Shown: positions 49,996 through 60,000 of the stretch, piece by piece | Position numbering within the stretch: position 1 is the stretch's first letter | Layout of the letters: each line of letters opens with the position of its first letter | Origin: Malacoraja senta | Lineage: Eukaryota | Length of the DNA: 60,000 bases | Assembly: GCA_038087875.1 (NCBI GenBank) | Contig: CM075987.1 | Location: forward strand, 27,902,001-27,962,000 | Reading direction: 5' to 3' | Program-made: the position numbers and the translations under genes | Notes under the pieces: model-generated | Told to the model about the DNA's origin: nothing | Databases searched by the model: none | The model's input: only the letters and a program-made list of their open reading frames with translations

Positions 49996-52417
49996 GCAAA
50001 AGAGAGAGAGAGAGAGAGAGAGAGACACACACTGAAATTGCAAATGACAACCACTGTGGTTTCTGGAGAACATTTGTGCTCAGACCAGTTTGGGGACCAT
50101 TTTGCAACCACATTGAGTCCACAGGACAAAAGTGATCTTCCACCCCTTCCCCCGTTCCCCTGCCACTTCCTGTTTTTGCCTTACTGCATCTTTCCAATGG
50201 ATCTAATCACATGGTCATGGATTAGCACCACATTGTCTGACTTGGTATAGTTACTGAAGAAGGGTCTCAACCCAAAACATCACCTAATCCTTTTCTCCCA
50301 GAGATGCTGCCTGACCCACTGAGTTACTCCAGCACTCTGTAAAACGTCACCTATCCATGTTCTCCACAGATGCTGCCTGACCCGCTGAGTTACTCCAGCA
50401 CTCTGTAAAACGTCACCTATCCATGTTCTCCACAGATGCTGTCTGACCCACTGAGTTACTCCAGCACTTTGTGTCTATCTTCAGTGTAAAGCAGCATCTG
50501 CAGTTCCTCCTACACATCAGGTCATCAAATTGAGATATCCAGACTTTCCAGTTTACATCAGAACTACTGTATCTGACGCTGGGTCTGGTGCATCCCACTA
50601 ACACGCTGGAAAAGTGATCCTCAGAAAAAGCAGAATATGGGAAGTTGTATCACTGTCCCAGAAACAATGGTGAGAATAGCTGGACTGCCCAGTGTGATGG
50701 GAATCTGACCCTGAACTGTGCATCATTCATTTCTTGGGAGAGCAGGTCCACAGTGAATGAAGCTCACATGTTGAGTGGTGACCCGGAGCTTTGCTGTAAT
50801 TGTGTTACGGGTCTATAGATTCTGTGCTTGCGCTGATCTTTCTCTTTACACTGGATGAAGGAAGGCTGATACACAATCTAGGGGCTGATGCTAAGAGTGT
50901 GTCAGTAATGCAGATGATGGACATTTTGCAAATCACATTCCTTTCTTCCCGATTCCATATTGCATTGTAACATGCACCTAGCTGACAGCAATAATAAACG
51001 ATTGTGCCTAGATTAAACCTTACTTTAATCATATTACAACCAGTTTTACTGCACTCTTCTAAAATACCTGAAATATGAGACATTGGGTAATTGATATCAT
51101 CATTACTTAGTTTGTGTTGCTGATAGAATCAAGATTTATTCAAGTCAATGCATTTATTGACACAAAGCCAAGGTCGAGCAAAGGCTGCTGTGGCACATTG
51201 CAGCGTTCTCTCCCACCATGTTCCATTAATCTCCATGTCTCTTGTTGTACCAAACCTATTTGGTGTCTTACATCCCCCACCCCCGGCTCTAACACCTCCC
51301 TACACATAAGACCATAAGACACAGGAATATAAGTAGATCATTCGGCCCATCGAGTCTGCTCTGTTATTCAATCATGGCCGATCTATCTTTCCTTCTCAAC
51401 CCCATTCTCCTGTCTTCACACCATCAACCTCTTCTTTAAAAATACCCAATGACTTCATATAAATGCCTCCACAGCTGTCAGTGACAATGAACTCCACATT
51501 CACCACCCATTGACTAAAGAAATTCCTCATCTCCATTCTAAAAATACATCCTTTTATTCTGATGCTGTGTCCTCTAGTCCTGGACTCTCCCACAAGTGGA
51601 AACATCCTCTCCACCTCCACTATATCCAGGCCTTTCACAGCTCATGTTTCCATCATCCTCTCTCCCATTATCCTTCTAATACCTGAACCTACTTCTGGAG
51701 CCAGCGTATGCTCACATTTTAGCATCCATTTTCCTTTTGATTTCTAATATGCTTACCTCCAAAAGTTTATCATCCAGATTAGACAAAGTATTTCCCATTC
51801 TCATTGTAGTTAACTATCTTCAATCTATTTAATGCTGTGGAAACAAAATAATGTAAAATGCAAAGATTGATAGGTGCTTGATTAGTACGGGTATTTTAAA
51901 ATACCCTCAGCCTATTTCATCAGCAAGATTTAGTGGAACCTCCAGCTTGTCACACAACAGCAGTGGGAAACATTTTGGGTGGCATATTGGAACAGGTAGT
52001 GGAGACCCAGCTTCAATACTGACCTTGAATACTGACCATGTGGAGTTTGCAGTATGGCCCTGACAGCGTGGGTTTCCTCTGGGTGCTGCGGCTTCCTCCC
52101 ACATCCCAATGATATGTGGGGTGGCAGGTTGATTGGCCTCTGTAAATTGCCCAGAATGTGCAGGGGGTTAATGTAGGATGAATGCAAAGTGGTCGTTGGT
52201 GGTCAGCATTGGATGGGGAATTGCAAGGTCTGTTTTTGTGCTGCGTGTCTCTATACTTCCCTTTTGTTATATGGTAGAAGGGGGCGGGGGGGGGGGTGTC
52301 GGATGGGGAATGATTTGTGCTACTCACTGGGCTGTGGGAGAGGAGAGGAGAGGAGGATGGGTCTGTGGGATTCTCATTTCACATGTATTTCACACACCTT
52401 TGTTTGGTTCTTTCCAG

Positions 52418-52552
52418 GTGTATGCGATATTGGTGAGTCACCCACCTGGCCCTAGTGACCACCTCACGCCCACTCCAGTGTCCTACACGGCTGGCTTCTA
52501 CCGAATCCCAGTCATTGGCTTGACCACACGCATGTCCATATATTCTGACAAG
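52418..52552 (+). CDS. GRIN1: NMDA receptor subunit GluN1, coding exon 2 (135 nt)
   Basis: [58 protein letters not shown]. Phase 0-0. Confidence 0.98.
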
Positions 52553-52611
52553 GTAAGGCTCCTCCAGTCATCACCACCCGCTTCCCTGGGGTGGACATAC
52601 TTCTTCACAAC

Positions 52612-53718
52612 AATAGACAATAGACAGTAGCTGCAGGAGTAGGCCATTCAGCCCTTTGAGCCAGCACCACCATTCAATGTGATCATGGCTGATCATCCCC
52701 AATCAGTACCCAGTTCCTGCCTTCTCCCCATATCCCCTGACTCCGCTATCTATAAGAGCCCTATCTAGCTCTCTTGAAAGTATCCAGAGAACCTGCCTCC
52801 ACCGCCCTCTGAGGCAGAGAATTCCACAGACTCACAACTCTCTGTGAGAAAAAAGTGTTTCCTCATCTCCGTTCTAAATGGCTTCCTTGGTTCTGGACTC
52901 CCCCAACATCGGGAACATGTTTCCTGCCTCTAGCGTGTCCAAACCCTTAAGAAAAGAAATAGAGATGCCCTCTCATCCTTCTAAACTCCAGAGTGTACAA
53001 GCCCAGCCGCTCCATTCTCTCAGCATATGACAGTCCCGCCATCCTGGGAATTAACCTTGTAAACCTACGCGGCACTCTCTCAATAGCAAGAATGTCCTTC
53101 CTCAAATTAGAGGACCAAAATGCACACAATACTCCCGGTGTGGTCTCACTAGGGCCCTGTACAACTGCAGAAGGACCTATACTCGACTCCTCTTGTTATA
53201 AAGGCCAACATGCCATTCGCTTTCTTCACTGCCTGCTGTACCTGCATGCTTACTTTCATAGACTGATGAACAAGGACCCCGAGATCCCGTTGTACTTCCC
53301 CTTTTCCCAACTTGACACCATTTAGATAGTAATCTGCAGTCCTGTTTTTGATACCAAAGTGGATAACCTCACATTTATCCACATTAAACTTCATCTGCCA
53401 TGCATCTGCCCTTTCTCCCCCAACCTGTCCAAGTCACCCTGCATTCTCATAGCATCCTCCTCACAGTTCACACTGCCACCCAGCTTTGTGTCATCTGCAA
53501 ATTTCCTAATGTTACTTTGAATCCCTTCATCCAAATCATTGATGTATATTGTAAATAGCTACTGTCCCAGCACCGAGCCTTGCGGTACCCCACTAGTCAC
53601 TTCCTGCCATTCTGAAAGGGACCCGTTAATCCCTACTCTTTGTTTCCTGTCTGCCAACCAATTTTCTATCCATGTCAGCACTCTAACCCCAATACCATGT
53701 GCCCTAAATTTGCCCACT
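52612..53718 (-). mobile_element. CR1-type LINE (RT C-half and 3' end) in GRIN1 intron 2
   Basis: KFNVDKCEVIHFGIKNR..., FWSSNLRKDILAIE..., and an (CTATTGT)n tail. Confidence 0.9.
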
Positions 53719-54384
53719 CAAGTACATCAGTTAGATTTAGCTCTTAGGGCTAAAGGAATCAAGGATAATGGGGAGAAAGCAAGAACGGGTACTGATTTTA
53801 GATGATCAGCCATGATCATATTGAATGGCGGTGCTGGCTCGAAGGGCCGAATGGCCTACTCCTGCACCTATTTTTCTATGTTTCTATGTTACCTCACATA
53901 AAATGAGTGGTCTCTCTCATACCACAGATAAACATTTGTAATCCGTTTCATCATTTTCAGGAGATAGACACAAAGTGCAGGAGTAACACAGCGGGCCAGG
54001 CAGCATCTCTGGAGAAAAAGGATGGGTGATGTTTCGGGTCGGAACCCGTCTTCAGAAGGTTCCCACCCAAAATGTCATCCATTCTTTTTTTTCAGAAGCT
54101 GCTGCTTGACCCTCTAAGTTACTCCAGCACTTTGTGTCCATCTTCAGTATAAACCGGCATCTGCAGTTCCTTTCTACACTCATCGTCTTTAAGACTGGTT
54201 GCAGTTTGATACAAACAACGCACGGTTGAATTCTAATCTCAGACTCAGCCCTGGGGTTCCATTGTGTTGTCCACACTGCTCTCCTGAACACTTTGTTTCT
54301 GCACTTCTGCTGCCACGATCACCAACATCTGCCATCAGCCAGATTCCAAACTTCATCAGAGGATTCACTCAGGATTAACAAACC

Positions 54385-54715
54385 AACTGATTATTAATTT
54401 CTCCAACTTCAAGTAATCCCTGCACTCCCTCTCTCTACTTCCCTCCCCTACCCAAGTCACACCAGGTTCCCGTTCTCACCTAGCAAACAGCTAACAATGG
54501 CCTGTTTCCTTTATCATCGTCACCTTTCATTCATTTGTTCCATATTCCATCGTCTATATCTCGTTTCCCCTTCCCCTGACTAGTCTGAAGAAGGATCTCA
54601 ACCCAAAACGTCACCCATTCCTTCTCTCTCCAGAGATGCTGCCTGTCCCTCTATTACTCCAGCATTTTGTGTCCATCTTCGATTTAAAGCAACATCTGCA
54701 GTTCCTTCCTACACA
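54385..54715 (+). mobile_element. Penelope-like element 3' end
   Basis: ...NFSNFK* coding remnant, pyrimidine tract, CTGAAGAAGGATCTCAACCCAAAACGTC terminus. Confidence 0.65.
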
Positions 54716-55974
54716 TGTTTTTATAATATCCATTCAGCTGGTGTGAGTGCCATCATCACGGACCCACATCACCCTGGCCACGCTCTCATCTCACTCCTAC
54801 CATCAGGAAGAAGGTACAGGAGCCTGAAAACGGTGACCTTCAGGGTCAGTAGCAGCTTCTTCCCAACAACCATCAAGCTCTTGAATACTACAAACGCCAA
54901 CTAAACTACAAACTCTTGGTTGCACCAGGGACGTGGGCTTTTGTTTTGCAATAATATTGAGTTTTTTAAATAATTTATTGAACTTTTGTTGTTGATTGTG
55001 TTAGATATGAGTACTGTGGTTACAGCTTGTAATACTGCTGCAAGTAAGAATTGCATTGTTCTGGTTTTGGGACATTCTACAATTAATCACTCTCCCCACC
55101 TAAGCTCTTGTCCAGTAAATAAAGAATTACTGACATCTACTGTGGGAAGTTACTGGATTCTGTTTTGAGGGACAGTTTAGTTTAATTTTTCTTAGAGATC
55201 CAGAATGGAGGTTTAAGAGATTGGAATTAGACAGAGACTTTGAGGAATATAAAGGAGGAAAGAATTCGTGGGCAATTAGAAGGGCCACAAAATGACTTCA
55301 GAGAGTCAGATTAAAGAAAATCCCAATGTTTTTTTATAGCTTTGTTAAAAGCAAGAGGATATTCGGGGAGAAGGTAGGATCACCCAAGGATACAGGAGGG
55401 AATTTATGCTTTGAGTCTGGGGATGTAGGCGCAGCATTAAATGATGTCCTCCATGCCCAAGGAGAAGGCCATGGAGGACAGTGAGAGTGTGCAAGGTAGA
55501 CAAAAATGCTGGAGAAACTCAGCGGGACAGGCAGCATCTATGGAGCGAAGGAATGGGTGGCGTTTCGGGTCGAGACCCTTTTTCAGACTGATATTCTTCA
55601 TCAATATGCATGGGCAGTTTGAGATGAAGAAGGAGAAGGTATTTGGCCTCTTGAGGAGCATTGAGGTGGGTAAACTCCCAGGACCTGATGGGATCTATCC
55701 CAGCTTATTGAGAGCGGCAAAAGAGGAGATTGACAAAGATCTTTGTGTCTTCTCCAGCCACAGGTGAGGTCCTCAAGGACTTGAGAATAACTAATATTGT
55801 TCACGGAACATAGAACAGTACAGCACAGGAATCCCGAACAATTCAATCTTCTGTATCAGCCTACCATGAGGGACCTTACCAAAAGCCTTCCCATTGTGGA
55901 CAACAGCCACGTGTACAACATCTAGTGCCCATCCTGTGTCACCTCCTCTAAATGGCAGACGAGTTGAACAGGGT

Positions 55975-57640
55975 ACTTTGGATCTGTCTTCACTAAGGAG
56001 GACACAAACAATCTTCCTGATATATTAGTGGCCAGAGGATCTGGGGTGACGGAGGAACTGAAGGAAATCCACATTGGGCAGGAAATGGTGTTGGGTAGAC
56101 TGATGGGACTGAAGGCTGATAAATCTCCAGTGCCTGATGGTCTGCATCCCAGGGTACGTAAGGAAGTGGCTCTAGAAATCGTGGATGCCTTGGTGATAAT
56201 TTTACAGTGTTCTATAGACTCAGGATCAGTTCCTGTGGATTGGAGGGTAGCTAATGTTATCCCACTTTTTAAGAAAGGCGGGAGAGAGAAAACAGGGAAT
56301 TATAGACCAGTTAGCCTGACATCGGTGGTGGGGAAGATGCTGGAGTCAATTATAAAAGATGAGATAGCCGAACATTTGGATAGCAGTAACAGGATCGGTC
56401 CAAGTCAGCATGGATTTACGAAGGGAAAATCATGCTTGACTAATCTGGAATTTTTTGAAGATGTAACTAGGAAAATGGACAAGGGAGAGCCAGTGGATGT
56501 AGTGTACCTGGACTTTCAGAAAGCATTTGATGAGGTCCCACATAGGAGATTAGTGGGCAAAATTAGGGCACATGGTATTGGGGGTAGAGTGCTGACATGG
56601 ATAGAGAAGTGGTTGGCAGACAGGAAACAAAGAGTAGGGATTAACGGGTCCCTTTCAGAATGGCAGGCAGTGACTAGTGGGGTACCGCAAGGCTCGGTGC
56701 TGGGACAGTAGCTATTTACAATATACATCAATGATTTGGATGAAGGGATTCAAAGTACCATTAGCAAATTTGCAGATGACACAAAGCTGGGTGGCAGTGT
56801 GAACTGTGAGGAGGATGCTATGAGAATGCAGGGTGACTTGAACAGGTTGGGGGAGTGGGCAGATGCATGGCTGATGCAGTGTAATGTGGATAAATGTGAG
56901 GTTATCCACTTTGGTATCAAAAACAGGAAGGCAGATTACTATCTAAATGGCGTCCGTTGGGAAAAGGGGGAGTACAACAGGATCTGGGGGTCCTTGTTCA
57001 TCAGTCTATGAAAGTAAGCATGCAGGTACAGCAGGCAGTGAAGAAAGCGAATGGCATGTTGGCCTTTATAACAAGAGGAATCGAATATAGGAGCAAAGAG
57101 GTCCTTCTGCAGTTGTACAGAGCCATAGTGAGACCACACCTGGTGTATTGTGTGAAGTTTTGGTCCCCTAATTTGAGGAAGGGCATTCTTGCTATTGAGG
57201 GAGTGCAGCATAGGTTTACAAGGTTAATTCCCGGGATGGCGGGACTGTCATATGCTGAGAGAATGGATCAGCTGGGCTTGTACACTCTGGAGTTTAGAAG
57301 GATGAGATTGTTAAGGGTTTGGACATGTGTTCCCATGTTCCAGATGTTGGGGGAGTTCAGAATCAGGGGCCACAGTTTAAGAATAAGGAGTAAGCCATTT
57401 AGAACGAAGACGAGGAAACACCTTTTCTCAGTGTTGAGTCTCAGAGGGCGGTGGAGGTGGGTTCTCTGGATGCTTTCAAGAGAGAGCTGGATAGGGCTCT
57501 TAAAAATAGCAACGTCAGGGGATATGGGGAGAAGGCAGGAACGGGGTACTGATTGGGGATGATCAGCCATGATCACATTGAATGGCGGTGCTGGCTCAAA
57601 GGGCCGAACGGCCTACTCCTGCACCTATTGTCTATTGACC
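55975..57640 (+). mobile_element. CR1-type LINE, RT domain to 3' end
   Basis: NYRPVSLTSVVGKMLE, YLDFQKAFD, GVPQGSVLG, SKFADDTKLGG, with a premature stop at 56709-56711. Confidence 0.93.
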
Positions 57641-58699
57641 ATCTGTCTGAAGAAGGGTCGCGACCTGAAACGTCACCCATTCCTTCTCTCCAGTGATGCT
57701 GCCTGTCCCGCTGAGTTACTCCAGCTTTTTGTGTCTATGCACAGCTTTATAAGACTTTGGTTAGGCCTCATTTGGAGTTTTTTGTGCATTTCTGGTTGCC
57801 ACATTACAGGAAGGATGTGGCGGCTTTGGAGAGGGTGCAGAGGAGGCTTGCCAGAATGATGCCTGGAAAGGTTGGAGAGACTTGGATTTTAGTCTTTGGA
57901 ATGCCAGAGTTTGCAAGAAAACCAGACTACCCTGATTAACCCCACGCGGTGTGGACAAGTTGGGCGAAGGTCTGCTTCCACACTGTGTGACTCTAACTTC
58001 ATAACTCAATGAGGTGGGAAGAATTTAATAGCAATTACGAAGACCAAGATTGCAAGTGACAATTTTTTTCAAATCACAATTTTTACCCCACACCCTTGCC
58101 ACTCATGTGGCCCACTGGCGTGGAATCCCTTCCCTTATTTTGAGGGGCGACTCCACTACACCCTGCCCCCCCATGTCCAGCAGCGGAAGGCCACGTCATC
58201 TGCATGGAGTGTTCGTGACTTGGGTGGTGGGAAGGGAAGAAGGGAAGTGCCTCAGCTGCCCTGTCACCTCTCACCTTTGCACTTTCATCACCTGCAGGCG
58301 TTTGTAACTTCGCACTCTTGTCAGTTCATCTAGTCTGCTCTTCTTTCCATTTCTTGTTCCCCTTGTCTCTCCGTCTGAAACCTCTACATCCCTAACAGTT
58401 GCCATTTGGACATTAGGGCATCGTAAATGTTAGCTCCCTACAGAAACTGCTGGACATGCGCTCCAATCCTATATTGTGTTTTTACTTTGATCCCAGATAT
58501 GGAACAAAATGTCAAACTGTTGACTCGGATTCAATGCAACAATCACTCAAGTGGCATCTATAGTTCAACATATCAGTCATCCTCGTTTACAATCTAATTT
58601 GCAGAGAATTCAAGTTTGTGTGCTGCCTTAAAGGTGTTTGGACTCTGCAGCAGCAGGTAGCTAGAGGTAGTGGGCTGAACCCGATCAATGGTGTTTAAT

Positions 58700-59780
58700 G
58701 TGAGGAAGTGTGACTGACTTCTGTGAGAGGATTCTAAAGAAGGGAGAGTTTCCAAATGAGTGAAGCAGAGGGATCTTGTGCCTGCCTGAAATACAAAATG
58801 TTAGCAGGCAGTTGCAACCGGTAATGAAAAGGACAAGTGGCATTTTGCTTTCATAGTTAAGGGCTTGGAATTTGAAACAGGTAAGTGTTGTACACATACA
58901 GGGTGTTGGTGAGACTGCACCTGGCGTCTGTCTACTTTTGATCCCTTAGTTAAGAAAGGATATATTGGAGGCAATCCTATATAGAGATCAGATTCACTAG
59001 AGTAGGAGTGTAGCGCTATGTTGAATGTGGTCAAAGGTTTGCCCAATATGTTGGGGGCTTAGATGAATGAGGGGCGATCTCATTGAAGTTTATGGGATGG
59101 TATGACAATGTGGGTGTTGAGATATTTTCACTTGCGGGTTTGATCAAGGAGACATGGTAATGAGGTACGGGACTGACCACTGAGGATGCTGAGTCTCTGC
59201 AACTCTCAACACTGAAGGGTTCTGGACACTAGATCACTGCAGGATAGGTGGATAAGTTTATGAAAGATCAGGAAGTTGAGGATGAGGTGGGATTGGCACA
59301 GATGGGATGAGTCGGGGGCAGATCAGCCATGATTATATTCAGTGGCGGGGCAGGCCTGGGGGCTAAGTGGCCTTCTCCTGCTCATGCTGCCTTCTGCTTT
59401 TTCTTCTTGTGCATTTAACTCACTTTTGTGTATCCGTTATGTGACATATATATCATAGGTTCATCAGTTATAGGGGCAGAATTAGGCCATTTGGCCCATC
59501 AAGTCTACTCCACCATTCAATCATGGCTGATCTATCTTTCCCTCTCAACCCCATTCTCCTGCCTTCTCCCCATAACCCCTGACACCCGTACTAATCAAGA
59601 ATCTGTCAATCTCTGCCTTAAAACATCCACTGACTTGGCTTCCACAACCTTCTGTGGCAATGAATTCCACAGATTCACCTCATTCTGACTAAAGAAATTC
59701 CTCCTCATCTCCTTTCTAAAGGTTTGTCCTTTTATGCTGAGGCTCTGGCCTTTGGTCCTAGACTTTCCCATGGAGACATA
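58700..59780. mobile_element. Old CR1 fragments (+ strand to about 59390, - strand 59455-59775)
   Basis: Degenerate CR1 3' motifs (RKEMRRNFFSQ..VNLWNSLPQ, GATCAGCCATGATT). Confidence 0.7.
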
Positions 59781-60000
59781 GAGTGATATAGCCACAGAAA
59801 CAGACCCTTTAACTGACAAAGTGTAGGACAGAACTGCAGATGTTGGTTTACACCGAAGATAGCCACAAAAAGCTGGAGTAACTCAGCGGGTCAGACAACG
59901 TCTCTGGAGAAAGGGAATAGGTGACGTTTCGGATCAAGACCCTTCTTCAGACCCAAAATGTCACCTATTCCTTTTCTCCAGAGATGTTGTCTGACCCGCT

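Noticed and set aside
52553..60000. GRIN1 exon 3
   Set aside because: No SIHLSFLRTVPPY-like sequence was found. It presumably lies beyond the window.

Overview
Repeat-rich vertebrate genomic DNA. The repeat content (CR1/HER1-type LINEs, HE1-type V-SINEs, Penelope termini) points to a cartilaginous fish, probably a skate or ray. There are two 200-N assembly gaps (6221-6420, 46612-46811). Three genes are supported. (1) A + strand gene of at least 11-12 coding exons (about 7025-35171, about 1030 codons, splice phases consistent throughout, one GC-AG intron) encodes a TPR-repeat protein with a caspase-like CHAT domain. It resembles TTC28 but is much shorter, keeps the catalytic Cys, has Tyr at the catalytic His position, and its last exon(s) are not visible. 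(2) RNF224 (RING finger) lies on the - strand at 36860-37372, possibly nested antisense in the TPR-CHAT gene. (3) GRIN1 (NMDA receptor GluN1) coding exons 1-2 and its GC-rich promoter lie on the + strand from about 47.5 kb. Mobile DNA includes a near-intact Tc1 element, an L1-clade LINE, two non-autonomous TIR elements with 7-bp and 8-bp target-site duplications, a solo LTR with a nested Penelope end, and many Penelope termini carrying a minimal hammerhead-ribozyme-like motif. Several minisatellites are present; one is a polymeric DR5 nuclear-receptor motif array.
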